DNA of 64,000 bases from Narcine bancroftii (Eukaryota), in assembly GCF_036971445.1 (NCBI RefSeq), contig NC_091469.1, forward strand, positions 270,196,001 to 270,260,000. The letters are read 5' to 3'. Of this stretch, positions 26,158 through 40,100 are shown one piece after another. A program made the position numbers and the translations under genes. Within the stretch, counting starts at the first letter, position 1. Every line of letters starts with the position of its first letter. The notes beneath the pieces are model-generated. The model was not told the DNA's origin. It was given only the letters and a program-made list of their open reading frames with translations, and searched no databases.

Positions 26158-27009
26158 AGCTGTTCCCAAGTTGTTAGTAATGTCAAAATAATAAAAAGTC
26201 CATATTTGACATGATGTAAGGCTCCTCAATGTACTCCTGCTAAACACGCAAGACTCAGAAACAAAAATACCAAAGTTACCCATGAAACTTGGCCAGAAGT
26301 GAATGTGCAAGGGAAAGAATGTTTAAGACATATCACAGCACAGATTGGTTTGTTACTACAATTGCTCACTGTGATTGGTGAACACTGGGAAGGGTTTTTA
26401 CTTCTTGAACAGCTTCCAAGAATTAACCTTGTAATATTTCAAAAATATATTTAAGGCCAATTTTGTAGTATAATTTAACCATGCGAGAGGAGTAACACAA
26501 CTTCCTTAATGTAGATGTTTTCCTTCCCACCAAATCATGTCATCTCCTCCTTTCCACCCCTCCCCAAAATTCTGGCAGCCTCATTTGCAATAGTAGAGTT
26601 GTATCATCAAATCAGCTTTGTTTTATTTGTCAACTCTTGGTCTTAACCTTTACTTGAGAAGATAACACATTTATTCAGTCTTTCACAATGGAGATAGCCT
26701 CAGTTTCGATATTCTTTGCTGTTTTGCATCATCTTCTCCAATGCTTTTTTTATTGCTTTTGTAATAAGGTGTCCAGAAATTTTCAACCTAGTTTGACTGA
26801 TGCATTACTTGTAATGAACTGCAGATTAAAGTGAATGCTTCTGGTATCTTTACTAATAAAACCTGTGCCAAAAGGTTTCAGAAGGAAAATAATTGCCTGT
26901 TAATCTCACTGGTGTTTTGGGTATTTGATGCTGCCTTTTTTGGCTGCTCTAAAAAGATTTGCAGTAAGAGCATATTAGTTAGTGTGCAAGCTGTTAACCA
27001 GGAAAGCTC

Positions 27010-27800
27010 CTGAGATTGTTACTTTCAAGAACTTAAATGTGTTTACCCTCCCCACCTCTGATCTAGTGATCATTGGATTGTACACCTCTATTTTTCCCTT
27101 CTTGAAGTCAATAACACGCAATGACAATATTGCTTTCTGAGTATTTTAGGGTGTATGTTCCAATTCGTACTCACTGTGGTCTTCCAATTAGAACATCAAT
27201 GATCCAGTTGCGGAGGGTGGGGCAGGGGGGGGGGGGTACAGAGGCCTAGAATTTGTAGCTTCTTGACCAGCACTGAGGGAATAATGATATTGAAGGCCAA
27301 GCTGAAGTCTATGAAAAGCTGCCATATGTATGAATTGCTGTTTTCGAGGTGACACAGAGCTGAGTGGAAAACCAGCAATATTGCATCTGCCGTGGAGCGA
27401 TTGTGACGATAGGCAAATTGCTCTGGGTCCAGATCTTTGCTTAGGCATGTGTTAATTCTGCCCATGACCAGCCTCTCAAAGCATTTCATCACAGTAGATG
27501 TTAGTGCTACTGGGTGGTAGTCGTTGAGGCAGTCCACACTACTTTTCTTGGGTACCAGGATGATTGATACCCTTTTGAAGCTGATGGGTATCTCTGACTG
27601 CCACAATGAGAGGTAGAAAATGTCTGTGAACACTACGGCTAGATGATTGGTGCAGATTTTTCAGTACCCTGTCAGAGCCTGACACCTTGTGAGGGTTCAC
27701 CCTCTTGAATGATGTTCTGACGTTGCACTCAGAGACCAATATCACAGAGACCTCAGCCTTTTCAGGGAGTCTAGTAGGCCTTATTTAATTCCTCTTAAAG
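27010..27800 (-). mobile_element. Rex1/Babar LINE internal RT fragment
   Basis: ORF 27196..27633 VPKKSSVDCLNDYHPVALTSTVMKCFERLV; closely similar to 21870-22450 in the opposite orientation. Confidence 0.88.
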
Positions 27801-30481
27801 CAGGCATATGGAAGGTTTGATCACCCAATTAGCTTCAGACCATGGGGCACATTCAAGAACATTGACATGTGCAATGGCTGAGAAGAGCTGATCCTTTATG
27901 GACAAAAAAAAATCATTGGGTACCTTTAGTTATGAAAAATAAATGAATTGTATTTCAGTGAGCATCATCCATTACCTTTAGCTACCTACAAGTAACTGAT
28001 TACTCCAACTCCATAAGTCTGATGATCATCTCTTAAAGTAACTGCATTTACAGGGTTAATCTGTCAGACATTGTTTAACATCTTGTAGTGGAATTCAAAA
28101 GAATGTAATGGAAAACAAACTTTCAACATTTGAAGTTGTGACATAATGACGTTGGTTTCCAGAATTGAACTTCAGTTGTTAACATTTTCTGCTTAGAATC
28201 CTCTACACTGAAGACACTCAAGTGATTACTGGCAATTAAATAATTCCAAAGAAACATGTAATAAATTGTGTGTGTCAACTTTACTCGAATTAAATACAAA
28301 AACATTTAGTAATGCCCTTTAGGTGACTCCAGACCCAACTGCATGGGCAACTTTAATGCCTTCTGAAATGGCCCAATGAACCACTCAAGAGAAATTCAGG
28401 ACAGGCACAGCTACTTTGCTAACTCCCAGAATTTTGTCTTGATAATTTTTAAAATTTTTCCCTCTGGATTCTGCATTTCCATCTATCAGAGGAAATCATT
28501 ATTCCCCCATATCATTGTCAATAATCCTCAACTTATTCAGAAATCTACAACTTCAATCCATGCATTGAGAGTCAGCCTCTGCTTCATTGGGAAGAGAATT
28601 CTACAAATTCATTGTTCCTCAGGACCAGTTCCTCCTCTGTCTTGACTCTTCTTCCCTGAATATTGACACCATGTTGCCTAATTCTAGCATTATCTGCCAG
28701 TGGATACAACCTCCCTACTTCGAGCTATTCCTTATCTATTCATTTATAATTTTGTTTCCATAATATTCCCTTCATGCTGGCTACCACCAGTTGAGTATAG
28801 TCCCAGGCTAGTCAGATCTCTTCTCATGAGCTTATCCCCTCATTTCCACTATTAAATTGGTGAAGGTCCTCAGCATTGCCTTCAATGCCAGTGTATCCTT
28901 CAAGTCAGGAGTCCAGAATGGACACAGTACTCCAGTGCAGCCTCCTCAGTACCCTGTATACTTGCAGCAGAACCTCCCCACTCTTAAATTCAATCCCTCC
29001 AGCAATTAAGCACAACATTCCTGGGGTTTTTTTCTTTCCCTATTTTCCTTAAAACCAGAAGTTAAAGTCTTGCAAGATAAGGATTTTAACCTGGAGTCAA
29101 TTCCCTTACACCTGACATAATTACAAATTCAAACTGATCTCTCATGTAGAATTATTCCAACTTTATTGCCAAAAAACTTGGCTCTCATTTAAAATGATAT
29201 TCCCTGCCTCCATGGTACCAAATGGAGTCAGCACAGGGAAGGCCCTTCACTCCAACAGTGGAAATAATCTCAACCAACCTATACCAATTCTCCAATTGAA
29301 ACAAACCATTGTCTTTTCTAAATTATATGGCATAATTTTGATCGGAATTATTTTCCCCATGTATTTTAACCCTTGTAGATTAAATATCACACTTTGATCA
29401 AAAAAGTACAGCAGATGCTCCTTGAAGAGAACTCATCTTTCCATTTACCCAGAACTGCAGTTCAATGGTGGTCTCTGCAGAGCCCATTCAGATTTTTGTT
29501 ATTCAGTTGTTCTATCCTTTTTAGGTCTTAGTTGTATATTGATTCAAACTATTTAAAACCATCATTCAACCAATCCATCTGGAATGCAATGAGCTGTTTT
29601 ACATAAATAGAGTTACAATGGGTCAGTAGGCACTGGTCTTGAATGTACGGGCAACCCCAGAATGACCAGTGTGGGTCAAAGAGAAAATATTTTTTGTGCA
29701 TAGGAAATTGAATTTATTACATTTCACTGGGGAAAATCAAGTAAAATGTTACTAAAAAATTGTTAAATGTGTGCTCTAGATGACAGAGTTATCAGTTATG
29801 ACAGAATTACTATCTCCACCATGTGGCAGAATGTGGTAAAGATCAAATTAAGTTTTGAAAAATAGTTGGATGAGAGAATTAATCAATTACTGTAAAATGT
29901 AAAAATTAACTCACCTCATTTTGTGGCTTATGTTAAAGAAAGGGAGCAAAAAAAAAATTAAAAAATCAATCCACCAGTGCCCTTAATTAGGTTAAATTTT
30001 GTAACTGGTCCTTTGAAACTTTACATAACAAAATTATGCAAGGGGATCAATGGCTTTACCAAGATCAGATTCAGATCAGAACAAGGTTTCATTATTGTCT
30101 TGTAAATCAACAATACAAATGATGATTTACTGTATCCCCATCAACCAGTGATTATTTTTATTATAGACCAGTAATCCATTCAAGTAGTTACCTATTACTT
30201 ATTTTAGGTAGTTGCACCTACACAATACAATATTTTGCTCCAAACTGATTGGGGAAATAGTTGCAGAACTTTACTGCAAAGACAACAAGTTTGTATGTTG
30301 ATGTATTTATTAGAAACTATTGCTCCAAAATGCACAAGCCAAGATTCAGCACTGTCCAATTCCAGACACACCAATACAGTATACTGTATTGTGTTCATTT
30401 TACACAATTGGTCATAAAGAAGCAGAACAAATCTTCAAAGAAACCATGTGATTCAAATGATCCAAGTGTGTAAGGGACTTC

Positions 30482-30514
30482 CTAGCATCCATTCTTGGCA
30501 TCAAAAAGCCGTTC
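30482..30514 (-). CDS. TALDO1: Transaldolase, exon 8 (ERLFDAKNGC*)
   Basis: tttttgcag acceptor, 33 coding nt including TAG; matches the human C terminus ERMFNAENGK. Confidence 0.9.
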   Translation of the reverse strand, partial: ERLFDAKNGC

Positions 30515-31724
30515 CTGCAAAAAGGTAAAACAGCGAGTCAATTAACCTAAAGACATGAGACGTAATGTTCAATGCCATTGAGTTTTGGATCACATACACC
30601 AATCCCTTGAAAAAGAACTAATCTTCATGATATGTGGTAAGAACTTGAAGAAGTATCAATTGGGAAGACAAGCTACAGCAAATGATTAATCTTCTACTAG
30701 TTTATTGGAGTTTTCGATTATCCCACAGTTAATTTTTCAAAAATTACCACTTTATACCAGTGCTTTATGCCAGCAATCTGCTCCAAAATAAAAATGGCAA
30801 CTCTTGAACATCTGTTTATTGACATTTTATACCTTCCATTGTCCCTACACCCATCAACTGGTTTCCTTCCTCATTGACAATAAAAGGCTAGATAACATGT
30901 CTATGCTGCAATGAACAATTAAACATCAAGGCATCTGCTTTACCAAACACATCAAAAGTAAAAGCCACCTGTAATGAATCCATAAATATTCTGTTTTATT
31001 CAGAGGAAAAAAAAACACTTTTCAACCAGCAGTTCGCCAAACCTGCATCTTTAACTTTCCCGTCATCGCTAAGATTTTCCATTGTCAGCAAAATTGAAAG
31101 CTAGAGTGAGATTAAGCATTTAACAGCATCATGTAAACTCAAGGCCATTCAGCACAACACAATTTGCTTGATAGAGGCCTTATCCGCCAATTTAAGATTC
31201 GCTCTCAAGCACTATTGCTGCAGTGTGCTGTGCCTTCAAGGTGCAGTGCAGATACCCACCATGGCTGGCCTGACAGCAGCTCAAACCTGCAGGCTCTGTC
31301 GACTGAAAGAATGCCAGCACCAGTAGGTTCTCCTCCAGATGACATACCATTCTGAGATGAAATCTCACCAGTGTGTGCTCAAGGATATTTGTAAAGAGCA
31401 ATAGATGAGAGCACAGTGGTTCCTTTCTTTTTGAATATTTTATTTAAAAATTTTCATACATGTAGTAATATTTATATAAGAACCAAAATGAAGTTACATA
31501 CACAATGGTTTTCACCTCATCCTACAAACCCCATCCCACCCAACCTCCTCTCAAAAAAAATGCATAATATAGATACTATAAAGCTACGAGTAAAAGGAAG
31601 AAAAAAAAATGGAAAGAGTTTTTGAATTGCCTAGAGAAGCATCATCTGGCACAAACCTTGAAATTTTTCATAACTACTCATAACTAAGAATCTCGCGGGT
31701 CGAGGTGCATAGGAAGAAGGGTAG

Positions 31725-31848
31725 AAATTCTCAACCTTCCCACTCACATACCACCTTAAGCAATCCCTTACTAATCATAGGGCACCGATGGCATAGGGAT
31801 TACATAAAGTGGTAAGTGAGTGGGAAAAAAAGATTGAGAACTAATGCT
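31725..31848. mobile_element. Hairpin MITE of the same family as 20060-20189, inverted orientation
   Basis: ttctcaaccttcccactcacataccaccttaagcaatcccttactaatca... is the reverse complement of the 20060-20189 copy. Confidence 0.7.
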
Positions 31849-32009
31849 CTTCATGGCACCTTAACCTACCCAAAGATGTATCGGACTTCCAAATAACTGC
31901 AATTCATTTCTTTGCCACTGCTAAAGCTAATTTAACAAATTCCAACTAGGACAGTGGTTCCTGTAGAAAGGAGTTCCAATGAAACTAGCAGGCTTCCAAA
32001 CGTACATAC

Positions 32010-32155
32010 CTTTAGCATGTTTTCTAGCTTAACGGCATCAGCTGAAAACTTGCGGATTCCATCAGACAATTTTTCTACAGCCATCTGATCCTCATTGTGA
32101 GACCAACGAAACTTCTGTTCATTCATTTCAACTTTTTTGATGTCAAGTGCTTCAG
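32010..32155 (-). CDS. TALDO1: Transaldolase, exon 7
   Basis: [49 protein letters not shown]; 146 nt, AG/GT boundaries. Confidence 0.95.
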
Positions 32156-33838
32156 CTGCATACAAATAAAGCAACTGTTGGCATCTTTGGAAATTAACTC
32201 AAACTTTAATTAAACAATGCACAATCAGAAGTTTCAACTGGTCAGCTACCTGCTACAGGAAAATTGGTCTCATGCACAGAATTGGGATAGCAAAATAAAA
32301 ATCAAGTTCAGTGTAATGAAAATAAACAGAATATACATTTTAAACATTAAATTTGATCTATGTTTTAGAGAGAATAAAAAGGCATTTCGGGCCACAGTGT
32401 CCATGATGACCCAGCTAAGCAAAGCCACATTATTCTCAGCACATTCTCATCATTTCCAGACTCCACCATTCACCTGTACACTTGGGTCAAATGATAGTGA
32501 CCAGTTAACCTGCATATCATTGGGAATTGGAGCATTAAGAAGAAATCTAAGGTTAGTGGAGCAGTTAGCACATTGCTGTTAAAGATCAGCACTGCCTTCC
32601 AACCATACAATCCACCAATGCCTAGACCCCAAAATAGATACTCATCAATGGCATCATTACCAAAATATGTACATGAATAAAATATCTACCTCAGAAAAAT
32701 AAATGGTCCCAAAGTAAAATTAATCCAAGTGAAGCAGGCAAAATAACCAACATCTGTCAAAAAAATGGGTCAATTCATTGTATCAAAATCTGCACACTGT
32801 ATGTTGCAGCCCTCTCAAGAACCATTTCCAACTCTGAACTATAACTTGCTCCGAACTGACAGTGAATACCGACAGAATAAAAACAAACCTGGAGAGTTTA
32901 GAAATACAAGTACTACATTGATGTAAAAACCTGCATTTTTACTTGAACTTTAAACTTCAACATCAATTCCAAAAGAAATGAATGTGGAGAAATCAGTAAA
33001 GGAACATTCCACTTTAAAAGCGAAATAATAACAATGAACTATTTCAAACAATTGAAACTCAACAGATATTTGCTGAATCAAAACCTCCAGGTGCTAGATA
33101 TCCAAATGACAAAAAAATAAATTAATAAAATTGGTGAAAAACAGGCAACTGCAGAGAGCTTACATTTCAGATCAACAACATTTAACCCACTTAACATTTC
33201 CAGCATTTTCAAGTTTCTTTCCAATAAAGTCTTTTAAGCAACATGTACTTCCTGATGAAAATTGTTAGGAGCCATTTGCATTTTCCCTTTCAATAGATGC
33301 TGACCAACCAAATATTTTTTTCAGCATTATGCAGTGCTTGTAAGATTTCCAGATTTTATAGCGTTGCATTAAAATACATACATTTTTACCTGATCAGCAC
33401 AGATGCTTAACCAGTGCTTGCGCCAAACATCATGGAGCAGTTTCACATTTCAAAACACTGCAACATATCAAACTGCATCCTCTGCATAGCTACGTTCCAT
33501 AATCTACACTTCATAATACAAGTGCACTTTCATATATTCTGTATGTTCAGACAAAAAAAATTACTTTCAAATATTTTTGGAGACTATTACGGCATATGCA
33601 ACCAAAAAAGATATCAACAAACGATGATGCTACACATTTCCTGTGCCATTTACAGTCAAGGTGTATAATGTTGAAATCTGTGGTTGTATTCAGCACATCC
33701 AAAACATTTTTCACTAACAATCAGCTTACGACAAAATGAAAACCACTCATCGTCTATTTTAACTTTGTTCGTGTTCAAGGGTTTTAATACACTGAGCAAA
33801 TTGTTGTTTGACACCTTCGGCCTTGGGAGATGACATAC

Positions 33839-34036
33839 CTTTTTTCGCATTCAAAGCTGGAATTAGCTGCTCATTGTCTTTGCTGAGTTCTTCCAGCAAT
33901 TTTGGAGATATTGTTAGATAATCACAACCTGCCAATGCTTTGATTTCACCAGCGTTACGGAAAGATGCACCCATGACAATAGTCTTGTACTCAAACTTCT
34001 TGTAATAGTTGTAGATCTTTGTTACACTTAGTACAC
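33839..34036 (-). CDS. TALDO1: Transaldolase, exon 6
   Basis: [48 protein letters not shown]; 198 nt, AG/GT boundaries. Confidence 0.96.
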
Positions 34037-34677
34037 CTGGAGCCAAATGAGAAAGATACACAAGGTAGGTAAATCTTCAGATATTACTAGAGACAGGATG
34101 GGCTTGCCCTTCACTATTCCCATGAAGAGAAAAAAATCTCATCAGAAGTGTTTAGATCACAAGTAAGTATGCATAAAATATAAAAGGGTGCATAAGAGGG
34201 TGAAGCAAACAATGGAGAGGAGTCTGGAATGTTCTGGATTGCTGCAGCAAGTGCTTTGGAAGCAAAGGCCCAGCAGTTAGCAGGGAAAGTTTGGGATTTT
34301 CAAGAAGCCAAAGCTGAATTAGACAACAGACATGGAGAAATAGGGGCCAACACTCAGGGATCTGAAAACAAGGGCAAGTTGGAGTTATTCCATCAGCCAA
34401 CATAGATCAACAGTCAATGGTTGAACAGGATATGGGCAGAGTTTATGGCAATTGGACAATTGGAATGCAATGGGACTGTTAAGTCTTGGTAGAAACAAAT
34501 ATACCAGTGTGGATTTTATCTGACAAGGGAGAGGTGGGTGCTGTTATCGATGTGGAGATAAATTAATGATGCCCCTGCTCAAGGTTTGAATTTCCTATTG
34601 GGATCAAATTTCTAAACAATCTGGTACAGCTTCATACAAATGATACTATTTAAATTTAGGGTAAATGACTAACTTAA

Positions 34678-34987
34678 AAAAGCAGCCTCTATCCTCAAAG
34701 ACCCCCACCACCCAGGCCAGGCCCTCTTTACTCTGCTACCAACAGGAAAAAGATACAGGAGCATAAAGACATGCACTCAGCAGCACAAGGACAGCTTCTT
34801 CCCTGCTGCCATCAGATTCCTGAATAATCAATGAACCAAAGACACTGCCTTACTTTTCGTGCCCTATGGTTTTTAATTTTTTTTTAATAATGTCATAAGA
34901 TTGTAAGACAGTTTATAATATGAATGTTTGCACTATGACGCTGCCGCCAAAAAAAAACAAATTTCATGACAATAAATTCTGATTCTA
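34678..34987 (+). mobile_element. Rex1/Babar 3'-end fragment
   Basis: Close match to 23120-23420, ending in aataaattctgattct. Confidence 0.75.
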
Positions 34988-35020
34988 ACCCTCAGTGGGT
35001 TTAAGAGCCCTCTTAATTAA

Positions 35021-36031
35021 TCTTCTTTCTTTGGCTTGGCTTCACGGATGAAGATTTATGGAGGGGTAAATGTCCATGTCAGCTGCAGGCTCGTTTGTGG
35101 CTGACAAGTCCGATGTGGGACAGGCAGACACGATTGCAGCGGTTGCAGGGGAAAATTAGTTGGTTGGGGTTGGGTGTTGGGTTTTTCCTCCTTTGTCTTT
35201 TGTCAGTGAGGTGGGCTCTGCGGTCTTCTTCAAAGGAGGTTGCTGCCCGCCGAACTGTGAAGCACCAAGATGCACGGTTTGAGGCGATATCAGCCCACTG
35301 GCGGTGGTCAATGTGGCAGGCACCAAGAGATTTCTTTAAGCAGTCCTTGTACCTCTTCTTTGGTGCACCTCTGTCACGGTGGCCAGTGGAGAGCTCGCCA
35401 TATAACACGATCTTGGGAAGGCGGTGGTCCTCCATTCTGGAGACGTGACCTACCCAGCGCAGTTGGATCTTCAGCAGCGTGGATTCTATGCTGTCAGCCT
35501 CTGCCATCTCGAGTACTTCGATGTTAGGGATGAAGTCGCTCCAATGAATGTTGAGGATGGAGCGGAGACAACGCTGGTGGAAGCGTTCTAGGAGCCGTAG
35601 GTGAAGCCGGTAGAGGACCCATGATTTCGAGCCGAACAGGAGTGTGGGTATGTCAACGGCTCTGTATACGCTAATCTTTGTGAGGTTTTTCAGTTGGTTG
35701 TTTTTCCAGACTCTTTTGTGTAGTCTTCCAAAGGCGCTATTTGCCTTGGCGAGTCTGTTGTCTATCTCGCTGTCGATCCTTGCATCCGATGAAATGGTGC
35801 AGCCAAGATAGGTAAACTGGTTGACTGTTTTGAGTTTTGTGTGCCCGATGGAGATGTGGGGGGGGGGGGGGGGTGGTAGTCATGGTGGGGAGCTGGCTGA
35901 TGGAGGACCTCAGCTTTCTTCAGGCTGACTTCCAGGCCAAACATTTTGGCAGTTTCCGCAAAACAGGACGTCAAGCGCTGAAGAGCTGGCTCTGAATGGG
36001 CAACTAAAGCGGCATCGTCTGCAAAGAGTAG
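35021..36031 (-). mobile_element. 5'-truncated RTE-clade (BovB-like) LINE, young
   Basis: LLFADDAALVAH...LRWVGHVSRMEDHRLPKIVLYGEL...CNRCNRVCLSHIGLVSHKRAC; 8-bp TSD TTAATTAA (35013-35020 and 36032-36039). Confidence 0.92.
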
Positions 36032-36113
36032 TTAATTAAAGAAGAGCAGAAAATCTCAATACGGACTTCAGGCAATAAAACAGTCATAATTATTTTTTTT
36101 AAATCCCAAATTA

Positions 36114-36419
<306 letters not shown>

Positions 36420-36787
36420 TCATCAAATTCAACTTCTAAGATGGCTGCTCAATATTGAAGGAAAAAGAAACAGATGCCCCTCAACAGCCTTTTATTTTCT
36501 CATGTTGCTAATCATACAAATATTATAACTCATTGGGATATGCAAATTCAACTAGCTGTGAGAGTGAAAGGAGTTAATGCAAACAGCAAGCTAATGTTAG
36601 ACTGAACAGCCTATCCATGATTTTAATGCTGCTGAGGGCAGACACCATTTTTTTGCCCTTGTTAAATGCTGTGAATACTGTAGTAATGCAGATTTTATTT
36701 TAGTCTATCAGATTTCAACAATTTGAATTCTGAAGTAACGACTTTCTTTAAAAAGTTAAAATGTAAAATTCAGTTCGCAAACTGTAA

Positions 36788-37120
36788 CCGTAAATATTCG
36801 AGTATAATGCAAATTTTTCCGCCCAAAAATGGGGGGGGGTTTGCATTATACACGAGAGTAAAATTTTTTTTTAAAAATCTGCAACTTGTGACTCAGGCCG
36901 GAGAGACGGCATCGCGACTCAGGCGGCCGGGCGAGCGGTAGACAGCAGCACCACTTGGCCGGCGAGGTCATGAGAGATGGCAGCGCGTCTCAGGTGGGTG
37001 AGGGAGTCGTGAGAGAAGGGACCGCGACTCAGGCAAGTGGGGGGGTGGGTCGTATTTTTCCCCCTTGAAAATGGGGGGGGAGGGGGGGGGGAATGTTGCA
37101 TTATACACCAATATTTACGG
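36788..37120. mobile_element. Non-autonomous DNA transposon (Tc1/mariner superfamily, Tc2/Kanga-like CCGTA termini)
   Basis: 25-bp TIRs CCGTAAATATTCGAGTATAATGCAA / TTGCATTATACACCAATATTTACGG (2 mismatches), TA on the right flank. Confidence 0.75.
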
Positions 37121-37459
37121 TAATTTGTCTAGCTATTGGCTTGAGATAAATGTGCAACTTTGGCAAGTTTAGAAGCACTATAAAGTTACAGCAGGAACAC
37201 TGAAATATACCTTGTCATTTGAGTTCCCATTAAATCAAGCAAATGCATCCACAATAATTTCCAAGTGGTTCTACATTATCAAGTTCCAACATTTGCTAAA
37301 TTTCAAATGAACATAATCTAGTTTACAGTCGAATTTGCATTCTATGCATGAACTGAATGATTCCCACAATTATAATTAAATACCTAATAATAATCACACC
37401 CACCCAATGTGCGCATTTGATATTCAAAATAATTTGCACAGTAACCAAACATCACTCAC

Positions 37460-37591
37460 TTGCCAGCCTGAATTCCCTCCCACGTGGAAGCAAGTTTGAT
37501 AAGAATGCGATCCTTGTTGATTCCTGCGTCCTTGTACATCTGAATTAGACTTTGTGCTTTTGAGACCATGGCATCTTTGTTAAAAGATAAC
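37460..37591 (-). CDS. TALDO1: Transaldolase, exon 4 (catalytic Lys in [12 protein letters not shown])
   Basis: [44 protein letters not shown]; 132 nt, tag/gtgagt boundaries. Confidence 0.96.
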
Positions 37592-38029
37592 CTACACATT
37601 TCAAAAAGTGAGCAAAAGGCAAATACAAGTTATTAATCACAAAACAAGATTCAGTTTTCTGCCCGCATTCTATTTTATTGACCTTGTTATTTCTGACATA
37701 CTTATTTTAAAATTCAATCAATTCAGCACAAATAAGATGTCCACATATAAAAGTATTGTATGATAGCAACCAAACTGTTACAGTTCAAAACTGACATCCA
37801 TCTGACATTGTGTAAATTGCCCAGATAGGCCCTTTCATGAAAAAAAAAACAGGAGAAATTCAATCTGGCTAATCACCATGCTTCTTCAAAATGATAGAAG
37901 ACATCATTAACAGTGCTAACAAGCAGCACTTATTCACTAATGACCTGCTCACCAATATTCCATTTAAGGCTTACCACACACCACACCAGACTTGATGTCA
38001 GTCTTGATTTTCAGATTATCAAACAGCTG

Positions 38030-39030
38030 AATTCCAAGGTGAGGGAAGGGAAATAAGCTTTGACATCACAGCAGATTTCGATCAAGACTGGGATCAAAGA
38101 TCTCTGGTAAAAATGAAATCAGTGGCCTTCAAGATGGAAAACACACCTCACACATAGGAGTTAGAATATGATTATGTCAGTTGATAAAAAAAAAATCTCA
38201 GCCCTAGAAAACCACAAATGGAGGTTCTCAGGTTGTCCCTTCAGCCCACTCTCATTTTCAGCTTCATCAATGACCTTCCTTCCATTACTCGATCAGTTAG
38301 GATGTTTGTTTAGGGTTGAACAATGCTAAATTCTATTCACAGCTGTTCATGAATAGACATCATTCAGACATGAACAGATGTGGCAAGTCTTTTTTTGTGC
38401 TACAAGTGTCAAGCAATGCTCGTCTCCATCACTAGAGAGTTGGAGACTTACCCTCAAATTCAGAGGCATTCCAATCACTGAGACCACCATCACCATGGAC
38501 AAGAAAGTCAACTGCACCAGCCACCAAACTATAATACTTGTATGATTAGCAACTGACCTTTTCACCATCAAAAGGGCCCAATCGGGAATGTGATGGAATA
38601 GTCTGCATGCCTCATGAAATGATCCCCCTGAACAAAGCCAAATGCTTAAATGGCACATCATCACCCCCCCCCCCCCCCCCCCCATTTCCTTGAACCACCA
38701 GTTCAGTGTACACCATCTACATAATGTACGGCAAGTACTTCAGCACAACTGCTCCTTCACAGAGAAAGACCTAGGCAGGAGGCATTTAGAACCTTCCTTC
38801 AGGTTCTCTACCAAATTACAAGTTTTCTTGATTTGGAAATCCATCATCCTTTCCCCTCACCGGATCTAAATCCTGGAACTCCCTACCCAGAAGCACTGAA
38901 GGACCATGTTCACCAGAAGGATGCAGCAATTCAGATCGCAGGCCAGTCATCTTCTCAATGGCAATTGGGGATGGCAGATCATTGAGGGCCTTGCTCATCA
39001 TGCCCTGATCTCAAAGAATAAATAAGTGAA
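38030..39030 (+). mobile_element. Old LINE RT 3' fragment (CR1/L2-like, clade uncertain)
   Basis: Degenerate LDI.AAFD.VWH-like sequence at 38058 (FDITADFDQDWDQ) and a LINE-like 3' end near 39020. Confidence 0.5.
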
Positions 39031-39454
39031 TAAACATTGACCGAAAACTGCAAGGTAATTTTGTTGCAGGAGCAATAATTTATAATGGTAACTGCTTTGC
39101 AAACTGAATGAAACACTTTTGTGTTTTATCATATCCTTACAAAGATGATAGAACTGACTTCAGTCCCACTCAGATTTTCAAATTGAGACAATTTTATCTT
39201 TGATTTTAAAATGGAAAGACAGAAACATTAGGATCCTTCTCAGGGGGGTTAGCGATAGAACAATTCGTCACAAACGAAAAAACATGAAACATTCTCAACA
39301 GTCCAGAGATCCACAAATTACTTCAAATTGCCACGAAGAATCTCGGTTACAGGTACACAAAGTATTTTTGATAATCCACTCGTCCTATGGGGTACGATTT
39401 TTAAAATATCTGAATCGATCGACTGTATCGAAACTTGATGCTAATTTAATTTAC

Positions 39455-39562
39455 CTTGCATCAACTTCAGTGGACACTCTGCCTGGAACTTTCTTCAAAA
39501 TTTCTACCCCAAAATTAATATACAATTTGTCTATGACGTTGGACATCTGTTCTTCCTCACAT
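39455..39562 (-). CDS. TALDO1: Transaldolase, exon 3
   Basis: [36 protein letters not shown]; 108 nt, AG/GT boundaries. Confidence 0.96.
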
Positions 39563-39854
39563 CTGGAAAAAAACACGTCAGATTCTTAGTCATGAATTTT
39601 CAGCAAGTCAACTACTGCATTTGATATCCAAATTCGGGCGACTGAACTCAGTTTTCTAAAAAAAATAAATGAACAATGAAATCCAACACAAGGAAAATAT
39701 CATATAGAAATATAACCTATTAACAGGCCATGTTCTGCTATGAAACAGACAACTATTGCAACAATTCCAAATCATTGTTACACAGCAAATAAACAGGCAT
39801 ATACCAAGGAATCTACAATTCACCATTACTGCAGCCCTGTCTGCAATTTTTTTT

Positions 39855-40100
39855 CAAATCTAGACATCCAGTGCGGTAACTGGCCCATCAGCCCATAACC
39901 CCCGCCCCCCGCCCCATACACCAATTAACCTACACTCCCTGTACACTTTTATAAGTGTGCGAAGAAACCACAGCACCCGAAGGAAACCCAGGCAAACATA
40001 GGGAGAATGTATAAACTCCTTACATACAGCACCAGATTTGAAATCAGATTACTGGTGCAGTAATAGCATTGTGCCAACCACTACACTAACCATGCTGCCC
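39855..40100 (-). mobile_element. HE1-like SINE
   Basis: tctagacatcca...gaaaccacagcacccgaaggaaacccaggcaaacatagggagaatgtataaactccttacatacagc. Confidence 0.65.

Noticed and set aside
26158-26310. In-frame N-terminal extension of the ZP gene from the ATG at 26283
   Set aside because: It would put 42 residues ahead of the signal-like peptide; the ATG at 26157 has a good Kozak context. Not excluded without TSS data.
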